A stretch of 64,000 nucleotides of DNA from Halodesulfurarchaeum sp. (GTDB taxonomy: Archaea; Halobacteriota; Halobacteria; Halobacteriales; Halobacteriaceae). A program made the position numbers and the translations under genes. The DNA is taken from assembly GCA_034520565.1 (NCBI GenBank), contig JAXHNL010000001.1, positions 1 to 64,000 of the forward strand, read 5' to 3'. Positions within the stretch are counted from its first letter, which is position 1. Every line of letters begins with the position of its first letter. The notes beneath the pieces are model-generated. The model searched no databases. It was not told the DNA's origin and saw nothing but the letters and a program-made list of their open reading frames with translations. Positions 1 to 11,213 of the stretch are shown one piece after another.

Positions 1-1121
1 TTATGCCCATGGTTTTCTTCGTTAAGATTACACTGTCTTCATCTACCTTCTCCATTACATCCCCAGCTATAAACTCACAGTTATCTAAATTGTTTATCTT
101 AGCATTCTCTTTAGCTGATTCAACAGCCTCTTCAACTATTTCTATTCCTATAACCTTCTTAGCAACTGGTGCCATAATCTGTGCTATAGTTCCAGTTCCA
201 CCAATATCAATGAAATATAGTTTTATTCTGTCTCACCGGCAAAATCTCTAACTATCAATATAGTCTATCTGCTATTAATAAATTCTTTGAAAAATAAGAA
301 AATACGATATTTTGAACTTAAGTCCCATTATTTCTTCAGTAATATAATCTTGGCCATATAAAATACGAGTTTTCATCACTTTTTACAGTATGGCTACATC
401 TCATTTAATCATATCTCCAAACCCTTTAATTCTCCTTCTAATTCTAGCGCCTTTAATCTTTCGGTTAACTCCGTTAAATCTAAATCTTCTGAGAGCTGTT
501 CATCACAAATTCACAAGAAATTCCCTGTCTTTTTATTGCTTTCCTAACTACTAAATGTCTAAGTACACCTTCATGCCTTTTTCTATGATAGAATGTAGTA
601 TTCTGCTCTCTAAAGTCTCTAATATAACTTAATACAGCTGTAAAGTCTTTGTCTACTATTTGATACCCATCAACAGTAACTATCTCATAGAATTTCCCTT
701 TTGATGCATTCCTAATGATACTGGGCCACCTTTTCAACATTTCTCCAAATGTTCAATTCCATTTTATTTCTATACTCAAACTCACTCGGACTAGCTTCTC
801 CTGAACCCATCTGCATTATACTAATAACTTCTTTACTTGTTCTTCTTTTATTTTTAAGCTGATGTTCATGGTATGTTTGATCAAGCAGCCTCCACAAGCA
901 CCAAAGTGTTTACATGCTGGTTCTCCTTCTAGAAGCTCTTTCCAACTTCTACCAAATTCGCTTGTATCTTATCCTTCCTTCTCTTTTTACCCTCGCCTTT
1001 ACCTTTTGCCCCTAATTGTACTTTTTACTATAACCTTTTTATCTTCATATCTGCCGATTCCTTTATTGGGAAAGTCAACATCATTTATTTCAATTTCTAT
1101 TATTTCGTTCTTCTTAACCAT
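1..1121 (-). CDS. rlmD: 23S rRNA (uracil-C5)-methyltransferase RlmD/RumA family; frameshifted, 3' end outside window
   Basis: AAGGAGG then ATG at 1121; MVKKNEIIEIEINDVDF (TRAM-like), CKHFGACGGC Fe-S motif, EYRNKME, LRHLVVRK, and a GTIAQIMAPVAKKVIGIEIVEEAV SAM-binding region, spread across frames. Confidence 0.85.
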
Positions 1122-1159
1122 AGTTTCCTCCTTAGTATATTAATTGTATGTACACTCCT

Positions 1160-1168
1160 ATTATAACA
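1160..1168 (-). promoter_or_regulatory. Extended -10 sigmaA-type promoter (TGtTATAAT) for rlmD
   Basis: Reverse complement of attataaca, about 40 bp upstream of the start codon. Confidence 0.5.
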
Positions 1169-1279
1169 TTTTACCCACTCTATCCTATTATATATAATAT
1201 TACTATATTTGCATCATAATAAACTTTTATAACTCTTAATAGTTTCACAACATAGCTTCAAGTCAGCTGCTACCTTTCA

Positions 1280-1685
1280 TTACGCCTTTTTCACTGAAAA
1301 AGTCTTATATTAAAATCTGTTCCTAATATATGTTGTTATGCAATCAGCAAGCATCCATATTAAAGCAATCATCTTGATTTTCGTCTATATCCTTATGTTC
1401 AAATTCAATCGCTTTTTTTACAAATCTATCATGAATTCGTTTATGTTCTTCTAACTCAGAGTAAGTTGTATTTTTCCATCAATTCTTCCTCATAGTTAAA
1501 GTCTCAATATATAGTGTAATCTTTCAACTTTTGTAGTATCCTTATTATTTCATCATCACGTGATCTAGACCGTCTCTAAGAGTTGCTATAGTATAAAGCT
1601 TCATCTCCTATTTCAAAAGCCTTTTATGTTGTCTATCTATTTCCTCAATATCAGTACTATATTTCTCTTTCCATTTTATAGCCAT
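1280..1685 (-). CDS. Bacteriohemerythrin (single domain); frameshifted
   Basis: MAIKWKEKYSTDIEEIDRQHKRL; FNYEEELM; SELEEHKRIHDRFV; HILGTD. These match the hemerythrin di-iron ligand pattern. Absent from the ORF track because of indels. Confidence 0.85.
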
Positions 1686-1774
1686 GGTTCTACCCCTTTT
1701 ATCTTCTAAGTTGTTTTCCTTCTTGTAAAAAGAGTATCACACTACCAAATATGTTAACACTTTGTCTAAATGCC

Positions 1775-3382
1775 TCATTTTATGTCCATTACATTTTTAA
1801 ATATACGGTTTAAAAGCATTAACATAGCAACTATTTCGATTAGTTTACTCTCTACAATACCTACAAATAAAGATAATATGCTATCAAATATAACTAAACT
1901 TATGACTCCTACAATAAATTCCGGTAGTATGATAAATATAAACTGTATCAATAAAAATAGCAATCTCAAAATTTTACGTTCAACTCTATTAGGAAATATC
2001 ATACGAACTAAAAGTTTGAACTTATATTTAAAATATCAAACTAGTAATAAATACTGTTAAAACTAATATGTTTATCCAATGTACATTTAACTAATTCCTA
2101 AAGCTACATAAACACCATACATTCTATTTGCCATTCTCTGATTACATCTAACAAATAAAACAACTGTATCATCTTAGAAGCAGACCCTGGTATAAGATAA
2201 ATATATGGTTTAGATAGCTCATGGTCAGCAAAAATTTACCGCTGATGATAAGAATATCATATAAGCTAAAATTCCATTTCCAATAAATATTGTTTCTCGC
2301 CTAAACCTTGATTTAACCCTATAATACCACCTAAAATACCTGCTATTAACAAGATTATAGTCATATGTAGCTAAAGTCTCTGCTGTGGGTTGTTTGTATT
2401 GGACCTTTGATTTTTTCCACCAGGTGGAGCCATAACTTCCTTTTGGTTTACCTTTTCTTTTTATGTTTTTATCTTTTCTAACTAAAAATTTAGGTATTTG
2501 AGATTTACCATACCTTTGTTCTTTCTGTTTTCTGTTTTCTTTTGTGATCCAATAACATCTTCATAGTAGTCATCTGCGGTACTATATACAAAGTATCTGT
2601 GAATACTACTATTAAAAGTATTGCTAATACTAGTGCTACAATTGTATATGAAGTAAATTGCAAATATGAGTTCATCAAGAATCAGTTCTACTCCATCCTA
2701 TTAAAGGAATATATTTTTATACCTGCCCCATTTTAAAGCCTTTAATACTCCTTTCACCAAATCACCATAAGAGATTTATTTCCAGTTACATACAACCCAA
2801 AAGTAAATTTGTTGAAAACATTGTTATTTTTTGAGTTTAGATTTAATATTATATTTTGTTCCTAAAGAAAATATTAAAAATTTCATTGGCTCAATCACTA
2901 TTACAGCACTAATAAATCCTAAATACATAAAGGGAATATATTTTTATATTTATATTTGCCAAGTTAGTTATTACTGGAATAAACGTTAGCATAATGAAGA
3001 TATATCAAACCAGAATGGATTATAGTACTCTTTATCATATTCTATATAATAGTATATTTTTAGAGGCTATTGGAGCTGGAAATAAAAGATGTACATCTCC
3101 CATATTAAAAAAAGTAGCAGACTCCTTAGTCCTTCCTATAAGCTAAATATAAGTAATCCTATAACTAAACCAATAAAAACATTTCCTATTATTTCAGGTC
3201 CTAAGTATTCTTAAATATAGTCGCTTCTTTTGATTTCTTGTGGCATTAATACTCCGTAATATTATTGAACCAATCCATAGAATATAAAAAATATATATAA
3301 TAGCCTTCTTTGGATTATTCTTAATTTCTAATATATGATTTTTAAGTGTCCATAAATCTTTCTTAATCAACGTTTTCTGCAT
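1775..3382 (-). CDS. Putative ABC exporter permease (Firmicute ABC_export type); frameshifted
   Basis: MQKTLIKKDLWTLKN start overlapping the ABC ATPase gene; multiple hydrophobic segments; C-terminal TM fragment ends at 1775. Confidence 0.65.
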
Positions 3383-4100
3383 TCGTCATCTTTAGTCACC
3401 TCTAAGAAAACTTCTTCTAAAGAAGTTTTTTGTCATTACTTCCTAACTGTGTTTTTAAAAAGATCTCTATCACCATCTGCTATGATCTGCCCATTTTTTT
3501 CATAACTAATATTCTAGCATACATTCTCAATACTATCTATCAAATGTGTACTTATAAACACAGTTTTACCTTGATTCTTTAGTTCTTCAAATACTAGTTT
3601 AGTTTCTCTTAATGGCTTTTGGATGTAATCCAATCATAGGTTCATCAAATAAATACAACTGCGGGTCTGGCAACAGTCCACAACAAATAGATACCTTTTG
3701 CTTCATTCCTTTAGATAGTTCTTTGCCTAGTTTATCTTTTTTGTCAGATAGATCATCTGTTTTAAATAATTTTTCTGCTTTTCCTTCCCAATTTTTAACA
3801 TCATATGCATTAGCGATGAACTCTAGATGTTCTCTTACCGTCAACATATCATATAGCTCAGGCATTTCTGGTATGTATGTAAATTTCCTCTTTGCTTCTA
3901 TAGAATCATTTCACTTTCCATCTGTGTTATCAAGCCCGTTGTTTTTTTTAATAATCCTGCGATAGTCTTAATCATAGTACTTTTGCCTGCTCCATTAGGG
4001 CCTAATAACCCAAACTATATTTCCTTTTCAAGGGTAAATGTTATGCCTTAACAGCATCTACTGCTTTATATGTCTTCATCAATGATTTAACCTCTAACAT
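3367..4100 (-). CDS. ABC transporter ATP-binding protein; frameshifted
   Basis: GGAG RBS and MLEVKSL; Walker A GPNGAGKST, signature LSKGMKQK, Walker B YLFDEP, H-loop STH. Confidence 0.88.
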
Positions 4101-4257
4101 CTTTCTCCTCCTTATTATACATAGTTAGTTAACCAAATCTCTAGTGTTATTATATAGTTTAATCGTCTATACATCAATTGTAATATTTTAGAATAATATA
4201 TATACGTATGATACATTTTTATATTCTTATTAATTAATGTGTCTTTATGAATTTCTG

Positions 4258-4266
4258 TGGTATAAT
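4258..4266 (+). promoter_or_regulatory. Extended -10 promoter (TGgTATAAT) for the yihY-family gene
   Basis: Perfect TGnTATAAT about 30 bp before the TTG start, with a GGGAGG RBS in between. Confidence 0.55.
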
Positions 4267-4294
4267 TATAATAGAATTTTTGGGAGGTATAACC

Positions 4295-5111
4295 TTGAAT
4301 TTACTAAAAATATATATTATTAAAAGTATATATATTTAGGCTTAAAAGAGATGAAGTTACTGCTGTAGGGGCAGAATTAACTTATTATCTCACATATTGT
4401 CTTTTTTTTCCTTTTTTGATTTTTTTAATATCTATAGTTAGTTTTATCCCTGTAACAAATGATGAAGTATTAAGTAATTTAATTTACTTTCCATATGAAA
4501 CCTATAAGATGGTAATAGATATTCTTAATGAAATACTTGCTAGTAGAAGTACATCTATATTGTCAATCAGTATAGTCGCTACTATCTGGACTGCATCCCA
4601 CGGACTTAAAGCTATTATGCGTAATATTAATCGGCCTATAACGAACGGGAAGACAGGCCTTACTGGAAGATTAAAGGAATCGCTATGATTTTTACTATTG
4701 CTTTAGCTACTTTCCACTATTTCACCTATAGCAATTGTATTTGGAAAAGTTATAGCTGCAAGAACTTTTTTAGTTTCCTAGGTATTTCAAATCTTTCAAA
4801 GATATTATTGAAATATTCTAAGATACTCTTACCTAAGGTGAGTTGTTTTTAGTCTTTATATCTACAAATTTGCTCCTAACTTTAAATTGGATTAAGGAAG
4901 TTTATCCAGGCGCTTATTTTCAACATTTGGATGGATTTTTATATCTACTGAATTTTCTTATTATGTTAATAATTTTTGGCCATTTTCAAAGACCTATGGC
5001 AGCATTGGTGGTATAATTGTACTATTAATCTAGTTATCTAGTAGTCTTATAATCCTAATAAAAAGAATAGACACTGCTGTATATTTTTCAAAGAAAAGCA
5101 ATTCTACTTAA
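4295..5111 (+). CDS. YihY/virulence factor BrkB family membrane protein; frameshifted
   Basis: RLKRDEVTAVGAELTYY, FFPFLIFLIS, IWTASHG, YKFAPN, PGA, KTYGSIGGIIVLL motifs. Confidence 0.82.
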
Positions 5112-5154
5112 ATTAAATCAATAAAAAATTTAACTATTTCATGCTATTAAATAG

Positions 5155-5193
5155 CATAAAAACAACTAACTAAATATAGTTAGTTGTTTTATG
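5155..5193. terminator. Bidirectional intrinsic terminator
   Basis: Near-perfect inverted repeat cataaaaacaactaacta-aata-tagttagttgttttatg between convergent genes. Confidence 0.75.
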
Positions 5194-5228
5194 TTTAGTA
5201 GCAACACTATCATCAATAATTTATCTTA

Positions 5229-7202
5229 TTATATTTTTAAATATTTATCAAACCAATCAGTTATCTCTTTCAAGTCTCCTAACCCTCTGTTCGGTTTTCC
5301 ACCTATTCTCATAATTCTCTCCCTTGAATATCCACGTCCTAGAATCTACATCATGATATTTTAACACAAGTAAACATCTGCCATACCTTCAACCACCAAC
5401 ATCTATAATCCTCTGGATATAAAGAGTTGGTGTATTTTTACTTTATCTGCATACTTTAGTGGAGAATGTTTTAACGTTTTCTTGATTTGACCAAGGTGTA
5501 CTTGCTATCTGATCATCTGCCAAATAATAACCTATATCTGTAGTAGAGAACATTGAAATCCAATTTGATATCTTCTTGAGATGCTGCTGCCCTTCAAACC
5601 TATTTCTATAACCTATCCATTTAAGCGTTTCAATCCTCCATATGATCCTCCAGTTACACCAACATTTTCTTTATCTATAAAAGTATATTCTTCTAATACT
5701 TTATATGAACTCCATTATGTCTCCATAATCTTGTATCCTTCCATATTTACCTCTAATATCCGCAAACTGGGTTACCTTCATCACTTCCTCTGGGGTATAC
5801 AAAGAATACAACATACCCTTCGTTTGCCCAGTATTGCATAAGTGATAAAAAACCTCTCCATGAACTTTAGGTCCACCATGTGTTAATATAGCTGGATACT
5901 TCTTGCATCAAAGTTTATAGGTTTTCATATTCCATCCATCTATGTATCCTCTCTTTGTATTTAGTGTCATATGTTCTGGCTTTCTTACTGACTTTTTATC
6001 TGTTTTACCATTGGTTAAAATCAGTAATTTGTTTCTTCCTTATTATTTTTCATTTTATATAGCTCTTAGAGTTTGGTATCTCTCAGACCAGTAGAAAGTA
6101 TATTGTTGTTGCTATCTATCAAATAATTATATATAATACCATACATTCAAAAATTTTGAATGTTTTCCATCTAAGTCTACACTATTTATGTAAGAATTAT
6201 ATCCTAGACTAAAGTATAGTTTCTCTTTATTAAACTTTCCTCATTTAATCCACCATTATCTGCAGTCACTACCAGAATTCATGTTATATAGTCAAACTCC
6301 TGAGTTATGCATTTAGCTTCATTATTTTCTAGATTAAGTGTATAAAATTTGTTGTTTTCTTAGTCCAAAGTTTTCCATCGTTTTACCTGTAAATATCAAT
6401 GTATTATCAGATATGTAATCTACAGAACCCATTACATAAAACCTTCATAAGGGGATACTTTATAAATCTCTTATTTTACAATATCATAAATATATATCAC
6501 TTTTTAGTTTCATTTTATTTTTATATTCTTCGTGCTACAAATACTATTTGCTTTATTTATTTAATTTCACAGAAGCTACATCTATATATTTATCAGTTAT
6601 TCCTTCAATATAGAGTCATTTTTAAGGTCATAAATATATAATTTGTTTCTATCCTTATTTATAACACCTAACCATTCCCCCAAAATGGAATCTCATGAGA
6701 AACTTTCATGAGTGTTTTCTTCTTTTTCTTATTTTCAAGTTCCTTTTCTACTTCCTCTTCGTCCAATTTATAGAATTCTGGTTTATTTACATTGTTCTTT
6801 GCTGTAAATACAAAAGTAGTTTCATCTAATTGCTTTATGAATTAAGTAATTTTTTCTTATTTTAAAATACTTTTGCTTCTCCACCATTGATATTTATTTT
6901 ATAATACTGGGTGAATTCCTCTCCTTTTTCATTATTTTCTTTCTCTTTTGAATCCCGTATGTACCTGAAAACATTATACTCTTTCTATCATTTAACCATA
7001 TGAAATTATTTTCTTTATTAAATGCTGTAAGCTGAAAACAATTACAATTATCATGAGCTCTAAATCCACAGATTTGATAGATATTTATTTTCATCTAAGT
7101 CTGCTACATGGACAACAAAACAACTATTTGACTATTAGGTGCGCACCTTACCCCTGATAAAAACTTGTACTTCTTAAATTCATCTAATTTTATTTTTTCC
7201 AT
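5229..7202 (-). CDS. S9 family peptidase (dipeptidyl aminopeptidase/acylaminoacyl peptidase); frameshifted
   Basis: MEKIKLDEFKKYKFLSG; HGGPK; PRGS; nucleophile motif GVTGGSYGG; C-terminal EITDWFDKYLK. Confidence 0.87.
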
Positions 7203-7531
7203 AATTCCACTCCCCATATTAGTTTATAACATTCCTTATCATACATAGAATATAGATACCCTATAATTTCTTATATTCTCTATTCTTATTATATATTCTT
7301 ATTTTTACTACAGGAAAGATTTTTTTGATTTTATCATTGAACAATATTATTCTATATTTATTTAGCATTTACAATTTACGTATAAACAATCGGTCTTACG
7401 TTGAGCTTTTCTCTGTACTTAATTTCCACTTGTTTTGATTTCCACTTACTTTAAATTAAAGATATTACTAGGTATATTTGCATCTGCTGTTGTATAGATT
7501 AATAATAAATAAATCTTCTAAGGAGGGATTT

Positions 7532-7947
7532 ATGGTGGATAAAATTTTATTACCAATTGATGGTTCGGATAATTCAACTAAAGCTTATGATATGACTAAG
7601 GATTTAGCAAAAGGCTTAATGCAGAGGTCTTATTACTAAATGTACAGACTTTACCCTACCATGGTCATATGCTTCAGTTGCTGTTGCACAAGACAGAGAG
7701 AAATATGAAGAAATTCATAAAATTCTAGCGAAGCGAAAGAGCACTTTGATAACTATGAAGTAGAGACTCTTACAAGGATGTCCTTTGGAGATCCTGCAAC
7801 TCATTGTATCAAATCATAATGAAGAAAATTGTGATGTAATAGTAATGTGTACCCATGGTATGTCAGCAATGAAAAGATTTACCGTCCATAGTGTTCTCTA
7901 ACAAAGTTGTTCACCACGCAGATAAACCTGTTCTGGTTGTAAGATAA
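7532..7947 (+). CDS. Universal stress protein (UspA family); frameshifted
   Basis: AGGAGG RBS; KILLPIDGS; GDPA; DVIVMCTHGMS; SNKVVHHADKPVLVVR. Confidence 0.88.
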
Positions 7948-8074
7948 ATTTTAATCTTATAATTTAAAAAAAGTTTTTTTATCAAAGTTTTTGTCAAAAT
8001 AATAAAAAAGTCTTTTTAAAAGAGGGTCTAAAAGCTTTCATATTTTCAGTAAATAATTATACAGAAATAAAAAT

Positions 8075-8115
8075 AAAAAGTATGGTTTTTGATTAATCAA
8101 AACCCATAGCTTTTT
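8075..8115. terminator. Probable bidirectional terminator
   Basis: Imperfect hairpin tatggtttttgat-ta-atcaaaacccata flanked by A and T runs, between convergent usp and asrC. Confidence 0.55.
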
Positions 8116-8199
8116 GATGATATAAAAAATGCCTATATATAAAGTCCTATATATAACCTGATTAATTTTCAATATTTAAATAGATTATACTAAATCATA

Positions 8200-9215
8200 C
8201 CTTATTTTAAATATATCTTTCATAAATATCTGTTTTTTTCATATTTATATCCACCAAAATCAATATACTCTGCTACTTTTACCTTGAATTTAACTCAACA
8301 CCCTCCAAAGCATATTCCTTAAATACTTGATACCCAGTTCTATCAACTATATAACCAACATGTTCCTTTGGTAATGAACGATCGATAAACTTCTTGTATA
8401 TATTTATACATATTAGTGATAACTTTAATTATAGTCTCTTCATTTACCCACTGTAAAAATGGCTTAGCTAACCTTGGATTTCTCTTTCCCGTTCTTCCCA
8501 TTATCAATACTTTATATATAACTTCTTCAGGATTTCTAGTCCAAGCACCTGTAGGACATTTCACAACACATTCACCACATCCAATCATCTAGAAGACTAG
8601 TCTTTTTTTACTTTGTAGTTATGCATTGAAAAGTGCACTGTTACTCTTCTTACAGTTTTTAAGGCAACTTTCACATCCTATACAACGTTGATAGTCATAT
8701 TGAGGTTCTGCCATCCCTCAAGATCCAAAGTCTTGCATATGGGCTTTAATGCAGTCATTTGGACATTACTGATTGTCAGGCAATCTTAACATGATAATCA
8801 TTTGGAAATATTGCCTTTTCTATTTTTCTTGCCAAATCAGTAGTATTATAATTTGCAAATCTGCATCTTTATTCCCAATACAGGCAGAAACATTTCTCGT
8901 ACAGCAGCAATACCACCTTCTGGATCATCTATGTCTACTCCATAGTCAAGCTCAAGACCTTTAATTATCGGTTTTATTTTTCTGATTAATTTAATCCATC
9001 ATTTCAAATGGTGTCCAGGGCCTTCAAAACATTTTGTCTTGTTGATGTGAATCGTACCATCTAAGTACTCATCAGCTATTTTGATTGAATAAATCTTTAA
9101 ATATTTAGCTTCTTACTGCTCCACCTGGAACTCTAATACGTCATGCCGTCTACCCTCTTTCTCTTTAGTGATTCTATATGCATTTCTTCGTTTTATGTTC
9201 AAATATCAAAGACAT
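8200..9215 (-). CDS. asrC: Anaerobic sulfite reductase subunit C; frameshifted
   Basis: AYRITK, RIRVPGG, VSACIG, CPNDCIKAHMQDFG, GCGECVVKCPTGAW, RTGKRNPRLA, EHVGYIVDRTGY. The 3' end coordinate is approximate. Confidence 0.88.
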
Positions 9216-9230
9216 ATTTATCCTCCCTTT

Positions 9231-9300
9231 CTAATCTATTAATGTTTCTGCTTTAGTCAGAGTTAAAAACAATTACCTCTTTAAACAAACGTAAGTCTTC
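9231..9300 (-). CDS. asrB: 3' end of anaerobic sulfite reductase subunit B, cut at the junction
   Basis: TYVCL..G.VFN..TKAETLID* immediately upstream of the asrC RBS, matching the AsrB C-terminus. Confidence 0.7.
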
Positions 9301-9301
9301 A

Positions 9302-11053
9302 ACGAAGCGGCTTGGCGACTGGATAGACGCCCATGAATTCCTGGAGTACGTTCCATTCGACGACGATCTAGGAGCGATCGATTTTGACGTCTGTATTCTC
9401 GATAAAACGGCGCTCCGGGACCATCGTCAGGAGCTGGCGCATATTAAAACGGCGGCCGAACCGGTTATCGTTCCGTACCTGTTGTTAGTGCCGGAGTACG
9501 ATGAGAGTCTCATCGAATTCGAAGAGGAGCAACTCATCGACGTGGTCACACCGGCTTCGGTCGATGAAATCGCGAATCCCCCCAAAACCCAGAAGGAATC
9601 AGCGAGGCTCACTGTCAAACAGAAGGAGTTGGAATGGCGTATCCGCGCACTCCTCCGGCTGCGAAACCAGTCGATACGAGCCCACACGACAGGCATTCGA
9701 TATCATTCGTTTTTCGAGAGCATCCGTGATATGATTCTCGTCGCGGATACCGACCGGAATATCGTCGACTGCAATCAGGCGTTTACCGACCTGTTCGGCT
9801 ACTCGCGCGAAGAGATCGCGGGCAAACCAACCCACTCCGTCTACGAGAGCAAGGCGGAATTCGAGGAGATGGGTGAGGCCATCCAGGGGCACATCGGTGA
9901 CCCCAATTTCACCAAAATCGTCTCCTATGAAACGAAATCCGGCGAGGTGTTCCCCGGCGAAACGAACGTCTTCTACCTCCGAGACCAGGACGGGGAGATT
10001 CAGGGCTTCGTCGGATTGATTCGAGACGTTTCGGAGCGACTGGAACGCGAACGCGAACTCGAACGATACGAGGCCGCAGTCGAGCAGACTAATGATTTGA
10101 TCCATGCGTTAGACGAGAACTATCAGTACCTCTTTGCGAACGAGGCGTACTGCGAGTTTCACGGCCTGGACTCCGAAACGATAACCGAAATGACGCTCAG
10201 CGAGGGAATTGGATCGGAGAACTACGAAACGGCCAAGCCGTACATCGACCGGGCTTTGGACGGCGAACCGGTCACCTATCGAATGAAGCGGAGCCCTGAA
10301 ACCGGGGCAGAACGGACCTTTTCGATTCAGTATACCCCCATGACTGATGAGTCGGGGTCGATCCAGGGAGTTGTCGTGACGATGCGAGACCTCACCGATC
10401 AGTTAGAACGTGAGACCCATCTGGTTGAACTCGATCGAATGCTCCGCCATAATCTCAACAACGAGATGAATGTGATCCTTGGTCGAGCGGCGATGATCGA
10501 GGAAGAAGGGGCCGAGAAAATCGCCGAACACGCAGAAGCGATCACTGCAGCAAGCCAACGATTGCTCGAACAGGCAGACAAAGAACGCAAGATCGTAAAG
10601 ATCCTTTCCGAGCCACCAACGCTTCGGACACTCGATATTACCCAGCGTATTCGGTCGGTAACAGAGCGGTTACAAGAGGAGTATCCCGAAGCAACGTTCG
10701 ATGTCGACGTGCCTGCCGAACTGGAAATCCTCACCATCACCGAAATCGAACAGGCAATCGAAGAGTTGCTCGAAAACGTCGTCGTTCATTCGGCGGAAGG
10801 ACCATCCTGGGCTCGGATCGCTGTCACCGAAAACGAAAAAACCGTCGAAATCGAAATCGTGGATCGCAATCCGCCAATTCCTGTTGAGGAACGGGCGGTC
10901 CTCACGGCGGAAAGGCAGATCGACCCGCTGACCCACATGAGCGGAATGGGGTTATGGCTCGTGAAGCGTATCGTCACCGAAGCCAACGGCAAGTTACTGA
11001 TCGAGCGCCGTGATTCGAAGGGGAATCGTGTCACTATTGAGTTGCCCAGGTAA
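9302..11053 (+). CDS. PAS-PAS sensor histidine kinase with degenerate N-terminal receiver-like region; 5' truncated at the junction
   Basis: Frame is open back to about 9302 (KRLGDWIDAHEF..DVCILD); two PAS/PAC repeats; H-box LRHNLNNEMNVI; N-box ENVVVH; G2 box SGMGLWLV. Confidence 0.88.
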   Translation, partial: TKRLGDWIDAHEFLEYVPFDDDLGAIDFDVCILDKTALRDHRQELAHIKTAAEPVIVPYLLLVPEYDESLIEFEEEQLIDVVTPASVDEIANPPKTQKESARLTVKQKELEWRIRALLRLRNQSIRAHTTGIRYHSFFESIRDMILVADTDRNIVDCNQAFTDLFGYSREEIAGKPTHSVYESKAEFEEMGEAIQGHIGDPNFTKIVSYETKSGEVFPGETNVFYLRDQDGEIQGFVGLIRDVSERLERERELERYEAAVEQTNDLIHALDENYQYLFANEAYCEFHGLDSETITEMTLSEGIGSENYETAKPYIDRALDGEPVTYRMKRSPETGAERTFSIQYTPMTDESGSIQGVVVTMRDLTDQLERETHLVELDRMLRHNLNNEMNVILGRAAMIEEEGAEKIAEHAEAITAASQRLLEQADKERKIVKILSEPPTLRTLDITQRIRSVTERLQEEYPEATFDVDVPAELEILTITEIEQAIEELLENVVVHSAEGPSWARIAVTENEKTVEIEIVDRNPPIPVEERAVLTAERQIDPLTHMSGMGLWLVKRIVTEANGKLLIERRDSKGNRVTIELPR

Positions 11054-11213
11054 CTGATTTATCTCCGAATGAAGGCCATTGCTCCCTGAGCGGCAGCCGA
11101 AAAACTGGCTGATACATACTCAGTAGGGTAGTGGCCGATACGCGCTATGTACGCAGCACGCGTCCCAAATCTATTCTGCGGCTGTCAGAAACCGGTTGCT
11201 GGCTATAGAGAAT

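Larger units (their letters stand above)
1..9300. other. AT-rich Firmicute (clostridia-like anaerobe) segment with pervasive indels
   Basis: Very AT-rich; strong AGGAGG-type ribosome-binding sites; TGnTATAAT promoters; clostridial-type gene set (asr, hemerythrin, rlmD); most genes switch frame several times. Confidence 0.93.

Noticed and set aside
1-9300. Alternative genetic code or mass pseudogenisation in the AT-rich segment
   Set aside because: The breaks are frame changes rather than one recurrent in-frame stop codon, and catalytic motifs and RBSs are preserved.
1-9310. Interdomain horizontal transfer of a bacterial island into a haloarchaeon
   Set aside because: Genes are cut on both sides of the junction, there are no mobility genes or att/IS ends, and the error profiles differ; an assembly or concatenation boundary is far more likely.
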